Virus record (IMG/VR): IMGVR_UViG_3300037395_000062
Coordinates: 1-64,000 of that record
Source of the DNA: a virus
Length of the DNA: 64,000 bases
Direction: 5' to 3' (one strand)
Numbering within the stretch: the first letter of the stretch is position 1; each line of letters opens with the position of its first letter. This document shows positions 16,569 to 27,063 of this stretch, piece after piece. Both the position numbers and the translations under genes were made by a program. Below the pieces are notes generated by a model, which searched no databases, had not been told where the DNA came from, and saw only the letters and a list, made by a program, of their open reading frames with translations.

Positions 16569-17024
16569 TCAGCCGTGATATATCTGATTGCCGCCGGCGA
16601 AATAGTAAGGCACGACGGTGCCGGTCGCCTGCGTGTAGGCCACACCGCTCGATCCACTGCCGATGATGCCGCTCACGGTCGGCGGATAGACCGACAGCCC
16701 GCTGACGCCGAAATTGCCAACGAAGACTGGATACGGAACCGCATTTGGCGGAGGCAGTTGACCTCCAGTACCCGATGCCACGGTAGAGAAAAACGCCCCT
16801 TGGGTCGTAATCGGCGTGGCGTTGCCTATGCCGCTTCCCGCCGCGGTCAAGCCGGACGCCACGGTGCCATAGCCAGCCGCACCCATCGCTCCCGACATCA
16901 CGGAAGCCATCGCTCCCTGGAAATTGTAACTTCGGCCGGGACCTGACTGCTGATCGAGGTTGGCAAAGAACTCGCCGGGATTCAGCAGCCCGAGCGGGAT
17001 GGACGGAGTCGAGGCTGAACCCAT
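16569..17024 (-). CDS. Putative virion structural protein
   Basis: ATG 17024 with CAGGAG SD; Gly/Ser-rich. Confidence 0.6.
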   Translation of the reverse strand: MGSASTPSIPLGLLNPGEFFANLDQQSGPGRSYNFQGAMASVMSGAMGAAGYGTVASGLTAAGSGIGNATPITTQGAFFSTVASGTGGQLPPPNAVPYPVFVGNFGVSGLSVYPPTVSGIIGSGSSGVAYTQATGTVVPYYFAGGNQIYHG

Positions 17025-17115
17025 CGGTGCGTCTCCTGACGGAAAGCCGCAGGCTACCCCGCGACGGATACGCTCCCCATGCCGGGACGTTTCGGTACGT
17101 GATAGCGTCGCGGAC

Positions 17116-18876
17116 ATGAGCGCTCCCGAATGGTTCTGGCCTCCGTCCGGCGCGACGGCGCGCGGCATCGCGCTGGCGCCGTTCGCATCCGGAATGGCGG
17201 TCGCGGACTGGACCGAGCCGGTACTGTGGCCCTATGAATCGGGAGCGCTCGGTGCCGCACTTCCGGTATCCGCCGGGCCGTACGGGTTCGCCGGCGCGGC
17301 CTCCGATACGTCCGGAGGATTGTGGTGCGTCACCTGGGACGGCGTCCTGTCGCACGTCAGCGGCGGTGCATCATCCGGCGCGGTATCGGCTACGATGCCT
17401 TCCGGCCAGATATACATCGGCTGCGCGTACGCGGCCGGCAGCGGCTTCGCGGTAGCCGCTTCGGGCAACGTCTACGCGTCAACCGGTACGTTGTTGGCTG
17501 CGTTTCCGCTTCCCGGGCGACCGATCGCCGCTTCCGGCGGCACTATCCTGTCGTGCATGTCCGTCTCCGGAATCGGCACGATGAACGCGGGCAACGGCGC
17601 CACCGGGTTCGTCGCCCTGCCGTCCGGCATGACGGTGATGTCGTGCATCGCGGCCGCATCCGGTTTCCCGCTCGCGGCCGCCGGCTGGGCGAACGCAGCG
17701 CCGCTGTCCGGCTGCGCCGCCGGAGCGCTCGATCCGCAGGATGCTTTATTCATGCTCGGTATCGGATCGGGGAGTGCCGTCCTGTGGTCGTCGCCCGGCA
17801 TATTCGCGGACGCGTGGGCGCAAATCCAGACCGTCACCGGCTTGGCATCGTTGTCCTCCGTATGCTGGAGGCCGGACGGCACGCAGGCCTTGGCAGTCAG
17901 TCCGGTATCCGGGCAGGTGCAGGTACTGCCGTTCACCGCAGGCGTATTGTCGGCGGGGCAGATCTTGTCCGTATCCGGCGCATGCTCCACAGCCATAGCG
18001 GGCGATTCCGTGCACGCATTGGTCGCCCAGTCGGGACAGGCGCAGGCGACGGCCTTGACCTACACTGGCAGCACATGGTCGACGACGACGGCGGTAACCG
18101 GGCTGACGGGCATCGTCGCGGTCGCACCGTACGGCGCAAGCGGTGCTGTCGCCGCCGTATCCGGTGGCATACGCTACCTCAACCTGTCCGTCGGGGCGTG
18201 GTCGCTCGGAGCGCTGGTGGCGGTTCCGTTCGTGCCGACCGCGCTTACCGTCGATACGTTCGGCCAGGTCTATGTCGCGGGCTCCGGGGCGGTCGCCATG
18301 GCGTCCGGTGCGTTCCTTCTAGCGAGCGGAACGTGGGCGGGTGCGGCACCTACCGCGATCGCGGTGCAGCAGGGTCGCATCGTCATGGCGGTACCGGGCG
18401 ACAGCCTGCTGCGCGTATTCGGCCTCTCGGCACCCGGCACGCTTTCCCAGCAGGCGCATACCGCGTTGTCGCTCGGCGCAAGCGTAGGGTTGGCGCTGTC
18501 GACGACCACGCTGTTCGTCGGCGGTTCGGGAGCCACCGAGACGTTCGGGTTTTCCGGCAGCGCCTACGCGCTGACGCCGGTGCGGTCCGGTTCCGTGGGA
18601 TTCTGGAGCGGATCATCCTGGTCGACGCTGGGACTCGGCGTCGGCCATCTGCCGTCCGCGATCGGTCTCGATGCCTCCGGGAGTGCATGGGTGACGACGA
18701 AACAGAACACGCTATGGCAGGTAAGTTCCGGCGCCGTCGCACTGTCGTCCGGGATCGTGTCGCAATATCCCGGGCAACCACAGACTGTGCCGATCTCGCC
18801 GTCTTCCGTGCTTGCCGGCGCCAGCGGGGTGTTCGTCGCCACTTCGATTCCCGGTGTTTTGGTCCAGGTGGCCTAA
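17116..18876 (+). CDS. Ser-Gly-rich beta-propeller-like baseplate-associated protein
   Basis: Propeller-like motifs (WRPDGTQALAV, IGLDASGSAWV); first gene of the + strand baseplate block. Confidence 0.65.
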   Translation: MSAPEWFWPPSGATARGIALAPFASGMAVADWTEPVLWPYESGALGAALPVSAGPYGFAGAASDTSGGLWCVTWDGVLSHVSGGASSGAVSATMPSGQIYIGCAYAAGSGFAVAASGNVYASTGTLLAAFPLPGRPIAASGGTILSCMSVSGIGTMNAGNGATGFVALPSGMTVMSCIAAASGFPLAAAGWANAAPLSGCAAGALDPQDALFMLGIGSGSAVLWSSPGIFADAWAQIQTVTGLASLSSVCWRPDGTQALAVSPVSGQVQVLPFTAGVLSAGQILSVSGACSTAIAGDSVHALVAQSGQAQATALTYTGSTWSTTTAVTGLTGIVAVAPYGASGAVAAVSGGIRYLNLSVGAWSLGALVAVPFVPTALTVDTFGQVYVAGSGAVAMASGAFLLASGTWAGAAPTAIAVQQGRIVMAVPGDSLLRVFGLSAPGTLSQQAHTALSLGASVGLALSTTTLFVGGSGATETFGFSGSAYALTPVRSGSVGFWSGSSWSTLGLGVGHLPSAIGLDASGSAWVTTKQNTLWQVSSGAVALSSGIVSQYPGQPQTVPISPSSVLAGASGVFVATSIPGVLVQVA

Positions 18877-18879
18877 GCA

Positions 18880-19557
18880 GTGACCCAGACGTTCCGCACT
18901 ATCCCTGTCGGACTCGGCACGCAGCCCGCCGTCTATCAGCTATCGATCCGCGCGCCCGGACAGACCTTCGCCGAACTCAGCACGTATACCTTTCCGTTGT
19001 CGCCGTCGCGGTTGCGCATGGCCCGTTCGTCGTTGTCGAGTTTCGTCGATACGCAGGGGTCGGCCTCATCGCAGGGCGTCACCCGGGTGATGGACGTCTA
19101 CGGCCTGGCGCCGCCGATCTATACCATCGAAGGGACGACCGGCTGGGACCGGCACATGTCTGACGGCTATGTGCTGACCGGGCTGCAGTCGATGCAACTG
19201 CTCGCGGCTTTCCTCGCCCAGTACGCCACGTTGAACCAGCAGCAGCGCGCGAGCGGCAACCCGAACTACTATACCCTGGAGTTCTACGACTATTTCGGCG
19301 ATAATTTTTGGCAGGTAGAACCGATCGGACCCCAGATATTCAACCAGAGCAACGACCGGCCGACGTTGATCTACTACCGGTTCAGTTGGGCAGCCGTGAA
19401 GCCGGCCGGCGTTCCGGTGCTCGGCGTCGTCGACGCGCTGGCCGGCCTGGTCTCGTCGTCCGCGGCCCAGGCTGCGATCAACGCGGCGCAGACGCTAGGC
19501 GCCTTCACCACCGCCTATGCGCCGTTCGGACTCTCCGGCACGTCGGTATTGCCGTAG
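18880..19557 (+). CDS. Baseplate/tail tube initiator-like protein
   Basis: YTFPLSP, IEGTTG, F.QS..RP.L.YY pattern; position. Confidence 0.55.
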   Translation: MTQTFRTIPVGLGTQPAVYQLSIRAPGQTFAELSTYTFPLSPSRLRMARSSLSSFVDTQGSASSQGVTRVMDVYGLAPPIYTIEGTTGWDRHMSDGYVLTGLQSMQLLAAFLAQYATLNQQQRASGNPNYYTLEFYDYFGDNFWQVEPIGPQIFNQSNDRPTLIYYRFSWAAVKPAGVPVLGVVDALAGLVSSSAAQAAINAAQTLGAFTTAYAPFGLSGTSVLP

Positions 19558-20993
19558 TGTCGTACGAACCACCATTCGCGGGCTATCCCGGCACGGTATT
19601 CGCCACCTGCTGGCAATCGGCGGCGTGGCTCTCGACGCTGCTCGCGGGCGGCTCCGCGCCGATCGCGAGCATCGCCAACGGCGCGACGGCGGCGTTCCGG
19701 ACGTTCATGAATGGCGCCGACGCGGTAGCAGCATGGCAGGCGGCCAACGCGTTCGCTCAGGAGCAGATAAACCTGGCTGCGGTCGACGCGCTGCCGCTCG
19801 GCTTGGATCCAGCCACCCAGGCATATTTCACCGCTCGGTTGGGTTCCGTCGCGGCGGCCGCGAGCGGGCTTGCAGTGCTGCCGCCGCAGGTCAGCCCGTT
19901 CGATGCGGTGGCGCTGCTGAGCGCGGGACAGCCGGCCGTTCCGGACTCGGGCTACCTCGAGTGGTGCGCCGGATTCGCGGCCGAGACCCCGCCGTCCGGA
20001 CTGGTGTCGCCGGGATCGCTCGTGACGTATGCGACCGGTGCGGCGACGGCATGGTTGACGGTGACCAACGCGGTGCGCATGCTGCAGGGCGCGTCCTTGA
20101 CCCAGGCGTTCGATACCGCCGCGCGCCAGTTCCGGGTATCGTCCGTGGTGGCGACCGGACTGGCTTCTATGACCGCTGGCGGCTTTACTGAAACGGACAT
20201 CCCGGCACTGTGGAACGGCGCCGTGGCGATGCCGTCGCTTCTGCTGGACGCCGGATCGCTGACGTCATCGCCGGCCTTCCTCGGCAACCAGCAGGGCGGA
20301 GCCATCCGCGTCGCCCTGCGCACGCTGGCACTGCAGACCGCCTACCTCGTGCTGTCGCTGCGGTCGACGATAGCGTCCGGCAGCGTAGCCACCGCTTCGC
20401 TGCGACGCAACGAATCGCTGATGGATCTTGCCGCCCGTGCGGCTGGCGGGTTCGAGGCTTGGTCCTCCATCGCGGCGGTCAACAACATCCAGCCGCCATA
20501 CCCCGGACCGACGAACCAGGCCGTGGCGGCGTCCGGTACGGTGCTGCTGATGCCCGGCAGCGTCGTCGCTCCGTCCGGCAGCGCGGCACCGACATACGCA
20601 GCCAACGTGCTCGGCACCGACTACGACTTCGGACCTATAAACGGTCCGCAACCGCCATGGCTGGGTGACATATCCCTGATCACGGGGTACGCCAACTTCG
20701 CACGCGCGCTGGGGCGACGCCTCCAAACTACGCTCGGTACGCTGGTCTATCATCCGGGCTACGGCAGCCGCATTCCGCTGGAGGTCGGGGCCATCCAAGG
20801 CAGCGACGAGGCGCGGCGGCTCGCGGCGTTCGGCAGGGCGGCGTTGGCTGCCGATCCCAGGACGGCGAGCGTAGTGAGCGCCACGGCGTCGGTGCGGCCG
20901 GGATTCCTGGCAACCTTCTACGGCACCGTGGTACCTGTAGGACCCGGCGCTGTTCCCGTATCCGTCAACGAGGTCATCAACCCCTTGCCGTAG
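19557..20993 (+). CDS. Baseplate protein with LysM-like and gp25-like domains
   Basis: ESLMDLAAR..WSSIAAVNNI (LysM-like); RLQTTLGTLVYHPGYGS..ADPR (gp25-like). Confidence 0.7.
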   Translation: MSYEPPFAGYPGTVFATCWQSAAWLSTLLAGGSAPIASIANGATAAFRTFMNGADAVAAWQAANAFAQEQINLAAVDALPLGLDPATQAYFTARLGSVAAAASGLAVLPPQVSPFDAVALLSAGQPAVPDSGYLEWCAGFAAETPPSGLVSPGSLVTYATGAATAWLTVTNAVRMLQGASLTQAFDTAARQFRVSSVVATGLASMTAGGFTETDIPALWNGAVAMPSLLLDAGSLTSSPAFLGNQQGGAIRVALRTLALQTAYLVLSLRSTIASGSVATASLRRNESLMDLAARAAGGFEAWSSIAAVNNIQPPYPGPTNQAVAASGTVLLMPGSVVAPSGSAAPTYAANVLGTDYDFGPINGPQPPWLGDISLITGYANFARALGRRLQTTLGTLVYHPGYGSRIPLEVGAIQGSDEARRLAAFGRAALAADPRTASVVSATASVRPGFLATFYGTVVPVGPGAVPVSVNEVINPLP

Positions 20994-21002
20994 GAGAGAC
21001 GC

Positions 21003-22217
21003 TTGTCCAGCAGCCTGACGCCGACAGTAGCGGCCGCACCGACGACGGTACAGACGACGGCCAACATGGTCGCGCTGATGGCTGCCCAGACGAACGTCCC
21101 CACCGACTACAACCCGGGCTCGAACGTACGCACGCTCGACGAGGCACTGGGCTCCGTGATCGAGATCCAGGCGGTATCCGATCAGGCGTTGAGCTTCCAG
21201 GCTTTGGCCTACGGGGCGATGTCGCTGTTCGGAGTGCTGTCTGCGCAGGCAACGTTCGCCACGGGCACCGTGACCATGGCCACTTCGTTCCCGGTGGTTT
21301 CGGCGCAGCCGACCACCCAAGCCGTGTTGATCCCGTCAGGCACGCTGGTGCAGACCGCTGGCAGTATCCAGTTCGCGACCATCGGCCAAGCGACTCTGGC
21401 GTCCGGCACGTCGAGCGTCTCTGTCGGCGTCATAGCCTCCTTGGCCGGCAGCGCCGGAAACGTCGCCGCGTCGGCGATCACCGGCCTTCCAATCACGTCC
21501 ATCGGCTATCCGCTCTACGTCGCCAACGGCGCACCTACCGGCGGTGGAAACGATGCCGGCACGCAATCGTCCGCGCTCGCGCAGTTCACCGCCCGGCAGG
21601 CCTCGCTTGGGTTGTCGTCGCCTGTGGCCGTCGCCAACTCACCGATCGGCGTCACCGTCAGCGGTACCGGCGAGATGGTGATGTTCGCCGCTGCCTTCGA
21701 GCCCTGGCTCGCGGCAGGCAGCGGCATGGGATCCGGCACCGCCGGATGGATACTCTACATCGACAACGGTACAGGAGGCGCCAGCAGCAGCCTGATCGCA
21801 GCCGTAGACGCATGGATAACCGGCAACGCGTCCGCCGGGCAGAGTGGGTTTCGTCCGGTCGGGGTGCCGTATCAGGTGCTCGGCGTTACGCCGGTATACG
21901 CCTCGGTCGCGGCATCCGGATCCCTAATCCCTGGCTTGTTCTCCTCCGGTACGGTTCCCGCCGCCGCCGCCAGCGGGATTCAAGCATACTTCAACGCGCT
22001 CGGCATATCCGCACCGTCCCCCGGAGGCTCTACGGGGCTCAACGCGGCAAGCCAGCCACAGATCGCGGCGCGGGTAGCGGATGCCGGTGCCGGTTCGTAC
22101 GCGTCCCTGGCTGTGACGCTGACCTATTCCGCGGCATCCGGCACACCGGTGCCGATCGTCAGCGGCGGTGTCGGCACGCGTGTCATACTAAACAGCCTGA
22201 CCGTCAACATACAGTAG
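21003..22217 (+). CDS. Baseplate wedge J-like protein
   Basis: TDYNPGSNVRTL, ATFATGTVT, IPSGTLV, GSAGNV, TGGGND. Confidence 0.85.
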   Translation: MSSSLTPTVAAAPTTVQTTANMVALMAAQTNVPTDYNPGSNVRTLDEALGSVIEIQAVSDQALSFQALAYGAMSLFGVLSAQATFATGTVTMATSFPVVSAQPTTQAVLIPSGTLVQTAGSIQFATIGQATLASGTSSVSVGVIASLAGSAGNVAASAITGLPITSIGYPLYVANGAPTGGGNDAGTQSSALAQFTARQASLGLSSPVAVANSPIGVTVSGTGEMVMFAAAFEPWLAAGSGMGSGTAGWILYIDNGTGGASSSLIAAVDAWITGNASAGQSGFRPVGVPYQVLGVTPVYASVAASGSLIPGLFSSGTVPAAAASGIQAYFNALGISAPSPGGSTGLNAASQPQIAARVADAGAGSYASLAVTLTYSAASGTPVPIVSGGVGTRVILNSLTVNIQ

Positions 22218-22221
22218 CAAT

Positions 22222-23235
22222 ATGAATTTCGCCGCCGTCCTCGCGCAGCTAAGCGACCTGCCTGCCACGTTCATGCCGTCGGGAAACCCGTACGGACAGT
22301 TCGTCAACGCGCTCGCGGCGGCCGAGACTTTGTACACCGCAGGCGCCGATGCGACGGTGCAGCAGGTGATCGCCTTCCAGAATGCGATCGACGGGTGGAT
22401 CGACCTGTGGGGCTTGATGTTCGAAGTACCTCGCAACCAAAGCGAGGGGAACATACCGTACTCCCTGCGCATTGCCGAAACCGTATTGGCATGGGTCGGC
22501 ACGCTGCCCGCCATCCAGATATGGCTCAACCTGTTCGCGCCCGGCGGCAGCGTCACGGAGAATGCCTCAGGCAGCGGCTATGTCATAACCCTGCCGTCGT
22601 TTCTCACGCAGGCGCAGATCACCGCGTTCGTGGCATCTCTGGGGCGGATACGGCCGGTCGGCGTGCCTTTTACGGTCCTGTCTTCCCGCTCCGGCGTGTA
22701 CCTCGGTAGCGAGGCGTTTCTTGGCGATGGGGTGGACTACGGTTCGTACCTGACCGGTGGTATATCTCCGCTGTCGCTCGGTCTCGGTGCGACGACCTGC
22801 AGTGCACAACCACTGGTGCCTGATCTCTATCTTGTCGATCCCAATCTCGCCCAGCCCGGTCTACTGTCGCGCGGGCTGCAGGGTATTTGGCCGCCTTTAA
22901 ATCAACCGGTACAGCTACGTAACAATCAGTCCGTGCCGGTGCAGATAACCGGGCTGGCGAATAACGGCGGCGTGCTGCAGGTGCTGAACCTGACTGGTTG
23001 GCTGCCGTCCGGAACCGGACTGCCGGCTGGCGGTTTGTGGAGTCCAGACTTGGGAGGTCTAGCCTACGTCGTGCCTGGTGCCACACCCAATCCGTCCGCG
23101 CCGCCTGTCATATTCGGGCTCATAACGGCCGCGGCGCTGCTGGCACTCGGAGGTGCCAACCTGCCTACCACCGATCCAGGCAACGCGCTACAGATATGGA
23201 ACAACGAGGGATTCCTATGCGTATCATTGGGTTGA
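22222..23235 (+). CDS. Baseplate wedge (gpI-like) protein
   Basis: A.DGWIDLWG...R.QSE...Y..RI, IRPVGV. Confidence 0.7.
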   Translation: MNFAAVLAQLSDLPATFMPSGNPYGQFVNALAAAETLYTAGADATVQQVIAFQNAIDGWIDLWGLMFEVPRNQSEGNIPYSLRIAETVLAWVGTLPAIQIWLNLFAPGGSVTENASGSGYVITLPSFLTQAQITAFVASLGRIRPVGVPFTVLSSRSGVYLGSEAFLGDGVDYGSYLTGGISPLSLGLGATTCSAQPLVPDLYLVDPNLAQPGLLSRGLQGIWPPLNQPVQLRNNQSVPVQITGLANNGGVLQVLNLTGWLPSGTGLPAGGLWSPDLGGLAYVVPGATPNPSAPPVIFGLITAAALLALGGANLPTTDPGNALQIWNNEGFLCVSLG

Positions 23236-25715
23236 TCTTTTGCTTTTTGATCTGCTCGTCGAGCGGCGCGTGGGCAGAAGGCCTGTGCTCCAGCACAAAC
23301 CTGTCGGCGTGTCCGAACGGTCCCTTCAACACCGTGGTGGCGAATACGGTGACCGCCGGTGTTTCACCATCGACTGTTACCGTTCCCTCGATCCAAACGA
23401 AAACGCTTCAAGTCATGCTGCAGCGGCTAGTCGGGCATGTTTCGGTTCTGGAGTACGGAGCGGATCCGCTCGGCAATATCGACTCCACGGCGGCGATTCA
23501 AGGTGCCATCAACGCTGCCGCCGGCACGTATCCGAGTTTGGGTGGATCAGTCGACCTATACCCCGGAAACTACAAGATCAGTTCGCCCGGGCTTATCATA
23601 GGCAACGGCGGCGGCAGCGTGGGATCACCCTCGACCGTCAGCGGCATCAAGCTGGTCTGCGTAGCGGCATGGGCCGGCGGCGGAAACAACGATAACGCGT
23701 GCAATCTCAATTCGAGCTACGCCGGCCCAGCGATAACGGTCAATGGCCCCATTCAGGGATGGGGTCTTGAGAATATCGGGATTGTCGCGAACACCACCAG
23801 CACATCGGCGGGGGGACTTCTCGTCAACTCAGGACAGTGGGGTAAGGTTGACGGTTTGTTGGTCTCTGATTTCTACGATTACGGCATAAAGTTGACGACA
23901 TCGGGCGCCACGCCGAGCGACCAGAACGTCTTTCGCCAGATCAACATCGTCACGCCGACTGGCGGAACTACGGCAGTCGGCCTCTACATCGGATGCCCGC
24001 AAGGCGGGGGATGTGAGGGCAGCTTCAGCGATAGCTTCGACGACACGTTCATCGCCGTCAACAACCCTGGGGCGACCGGGCTTTATGCTGGATCGTCGGA
24101 CAGCGAGAGGTTCCGCAATCTAACGTTCGCCAACAGTGCAGCGGGCAACAAGGACATCGTCTTCGATTACTCGCAGGCGAACAATAACGCGTGGCCGTCC
24201 AACTACTTACTCTATGGGCTGGAGACCGGCAACGGCAACGTGGGGGCAATAACTAACATCGGGACGCCTCCCTACACCTTAAACGAGCACAATATCGTCT
24301 ATGCATTCTCGCGGACTAACGGTGCGCCATATCCGGTGCTGCCGAACCTGATCCTCGCAGACCTCATCGGCAAGCAGGGCGTCGATCTGCGTGAGTTCGG
24401 CGACGTTCCGGACGACACTACCGATAACTCGACAGCGATGCAGAACGCGCTGACGTGGGCGGCGACCAGCGGCGGGACCCTGCTAATCCCACCGGGGACG
24501 ACCTACTACGCCGTCGGGCCGACCGCCACGTTGCCTGCTAACGCTACCGTTACGTTCCAGGGGCAGGGTCCAAACCTGTCGCTCCTGCGCCCCGCGTCCG
24601 GTCAGAACGGCCTGACTCTGCTCTCCGGAACGGCGCAGTCGTCGATCCACGTTGACGGCATCGGGTTTCTGGCGAGCGGCGCCGGGGCCGGAGACGCGAT
24701 CCACTTCACGGCCAACGGCGCCACGGTGTTTTCCCAGACCACGGTGATTAGCAACGCGACATTCCGGGGCGCGGACGGCTACGGCGCCTCCGATTACTGG
24801 GCCAATGGCTTTTACACCGACCTCGTCAGCAACATTAATTTCCTGAACGATACATTTTACGGCACCAATGGAACATACCATGGTACCGGGATAAATCTCG
24901 CGGGCGGGACTGGCCTCGGGGTGATATACAACGTATCGGCTTCCAACTTTCAGGCGCTGAATAAAGGCATAAATCTGGGAAACAACATTCAGGGCTTAAC
25001 TATTTCCCAGGGCAATTTCACGCCAGATAACTACGGTGTCTATGTCGGACCCGGCCTGAGTGGTCTCGATCAGATTTCGGTCGTCGCGTCACAGTTTAAC
25101 CAAAACACCGTCGGCATTGATCTACTGTCCCCCGTGGTGAACGTCGTTCTTTCCGGTGGAAACCTCTTTTCGGTCAATGCCACCAACGAGACCGCAATCT
25201 ACATTGCCGAAGCCGATCAGTGCTCGATCACCGGCAACGCGATTAACGGAATCAATTTCACGATCCCGTCCAGCGCAATCGGTATCGACATCGAAGGTGT
25301 CGAAGGCACGAGAGGTTGCGCGATCTCGGGCAACAGCATGAGTCTCTTGGATACGGCGGTTAAACTCGGCTCAGGTACGGCATGGAATAAGGTCTCCGGT
25401 AATCAGTGGGGACAGAACAATACAAAAATAACCTCGGCTAGCATAAACAACGAAATTTCCGGCCTAGGCCTTCTCTCGACCACCGTCACCAACGCGGTTA
25501 ACGATGAATCGGGGGGCACCTTGCTAACCGTTGGCTCCACCTCAGGCTTTGTCACTGGGGAGTGGGTCATGGTAGCCGGCGTCGGAGGTATTCCGATCTT
25601 AAGCGCGGCGGGTTTAGCCCAGATCGTGGTGTCGGACTCGTCGCATCTTGACCTCGTAAACACCGGATTTGGGGGGACCTATACGTCCGGCGGCGTGGTC
25701 TGGGCGGTGCCGTGA
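23217..25715 (+). CDS. Signal-peptide-bearing tailspike/depolymerase with two pectate-lyase-like beta-helix modules
   Basis: VSVLEYGADPLGNIDSTAAIQ and VDLREFG..DNSTAMQNA caps; MRIIGLIFCFLICSSSGAWA signal. Confidence 0.75.
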   Translation: MRIIGLIFCFLICSSSGAWAEGLCSSTNLSACPNGPFNTVVANTVTAGVSPSTVTVPSIQTKTLQVMLQRLVGHVSVLEYGADPLGNIDSTAAIQGAINAAAGTYPSLGGSVDLYPGNYKISSPGLIIGNGGGSVGSPSTVSGIKLVCVAAWAGGGNNDNACNLNSSYAGPAITVNGPIQGWGLENIGIVANTTSTSAGGLLVNSGQWGKVDGLLVSDFYDYGIKLTTSGATPSDQNVFRQINIVTPTGGTTAVGLYIGCPQGGGCEGSFSDSFDDTFIAVNNPGATGLYAGSSDSERFRNLTFANSAAGNKDIVFDYSQANNNAWPSNYLLYGLETGNGNVGAITNIGTPPYTLNEHNIVYAFSRTNGAPYPVLPNLILADLIGKQGVDLREFGDVPDDTTDNSTAMQNALTWAATSGGTLLIPPGTTYYAVGPTATLPANATVTFQGQGPNLSLLRPASGQNGLTLLSGTAQSSIHVDGIGFLASGAGAGDAIHFTANGATVFSQTTVISNATFRGADGYGASDYWANGFYTDLVSNINFLNDTFYGTNGTYHGTGINLAGGTGLGVIYNVSASNFQALNKGINLGNNIQGLTISQGNFTPDNYGVYVGPGLSGLDQISVVASQFNQNTVGIDLLSPVVNVVLSGGNLFSVNATNETAIYIAEADQCSITGNAINGINFTIPSSAIGIDIEGVEGTRGCAISGNSMSLLDTAVKLGSGTAWNKVSGNQWGQNNTKITSASINNEISGLGLLSTTVTNAVNDESGGTLLTVGSTSGFVTGEWVMVAGVGGIPILSAAGLAQIVVSDSSHLDLVNTGFGGTYTSGGVVWAVP

Positions 25716-25743
25716 TCCAAACAGACGCAAGGAACGTAAGCAT

Positions 25744-27054
25744 ATGAACTACCCCAACTTCACCGATCCGCAGTTCCTTGACGCCAACGCGCCAGGCGGC
25801 TTGAATCAGGCCTTCGGCACGGTATCAGGTGCTTTCGCTTTGATGGGTAGCGGAGTGTGGGCCGCACCCGGCCTGCTTGCTCCCGATTCAATGACTTTAT
25901 CGTTCGCGGGCATGACCGCTACGGTAGGCCTCCCGCTTCCGTGGAGCCTGGTATGGTCCGGCGGTGCCGTCGTCAACGCACACGGATCCCAGACCGGCAT
26001 AGACACGCAAAGCTATTCGGTGTCGTTCGCCTCTCTGGTACCCGCCAGCGGATCGCTGACCGCCTATCTCGCGGCGTTCGTCAATTCGATACAGCAAAAC
26101 CCGTTTCCGATCCCAGGACCTCCACCCGGTCATCCGGCCTATGATCCCGCCTTCGTGCCGGTGGTCGGCTACGCCACCAACGTGTACAGCGTGTCGTTGA
26201 CCGCGGTCACCGGCGGAATCGACAACGTGAACACGTTCGAACTGTTCCGCACCACGTTGACCGCTGGACAGACGAACATTTCCGCCGTCAACACCGTCGG
26301 TCAGGTGCGTGCAACACAGCAGTTGGCGAAGGCCCAGATCCGCGTATCGACAGGTGGCCTGCTTACCGCTTCGCAGGCGTACTACGTGATATCGCCGACC
26401 GTATCCGGACTCACCCACACGCTGCCGCCAGCGAGCGGCGCGGGTGGACTGATCTACACGCTGGTCAATCCGACCGCGGTGTGGACGATAGCCGCTACAG
26501 GAACGGACAGGATCGCGGGCTCCGGCGTCGCCAATGGTCTGGCCAGTTTGACCGTACCTGTATCCGGTGCGATGCAGCTATGGGCCAACGCAGCGTCCGG
26601 CACCTGGAATATCATCGGTGCATCGCCAGTCCCGGCGGTAAATCTACTGCCGCTTAACAATACATGGACAGGTAACAATACTTTCAATAATTCGGTTGCT
26701 GTTTCAGGTGCGACATCCGCGAATCATGCAGTCAACCTAGGGCAGTTTGTGTCGGAGTGGACCGGAACCAATGACGGCTATGAGACGCTTCCCGATAATA
26801 CGATTGATCTCACTTACTTCGCTGTTGCACCGTATAACGGTACAGGTTTTTTAACGACGAACATAACACTACCAGATGGCTTGTTTCCGAATCAAATACT
26901 CGATGCTTCTGTGTGCTTCAATGGAAATACACCTCCCCTGAACGTAGCGATCAGCGTGCAACCTTCCACGCGAGTATCGGTGAACGTTACCACAAACTCA
27001 TCCGGCGGTGTCGGTGGCAATGCCGGAATCACTCTACGTATGCGCGGTAACTAG
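25744..27054 (+). CDS. Tail fibre protein
   Basis: NNTWTGNNTF, ATSANHAVNLGQ, gp53-like C-terminus; no signal peptide. Confidence 0.7.
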   Translation: MNYPNFTDPQFLDANAPGGLNQAFGTVSGAFALMGSGVWAAPGLLAPDSMTLSFAGMTATVGLPLPWSLVWSGGAVVNAHGSQTGIDTQSYSVSFASLVPASGSLTAYLAAFVNSIQQNPFPIPGPPPGHPAYDPAFVPVVGYATNVYSVSLTAVTGGIDNVNTFELFRTTLTAGQTNISAVNTVGQVRATQQLAKAQIRVSTGGLLTASQAYYVISPTVSGLTHTLPPASGAGGLIYTLVNPTAVWTIAATGTDRIAGSGVANGLASLTVPVSGAMQLWANAASGTWNIIGASPVPAVNLLPLNNTWTGNNTFNNSVAVSGATSANHAVNLGQFVSEWTGTNDGYETLPDNTIDLTYFAVAPYNGTGFLTTNITLPDGLFPNQILDASVCFNGNTPPLNVAISVQPSTRVSVNVTTNSSGGVGGNAGITLRMRGN

Positions 27055-27063
27055 GTATTGCAC

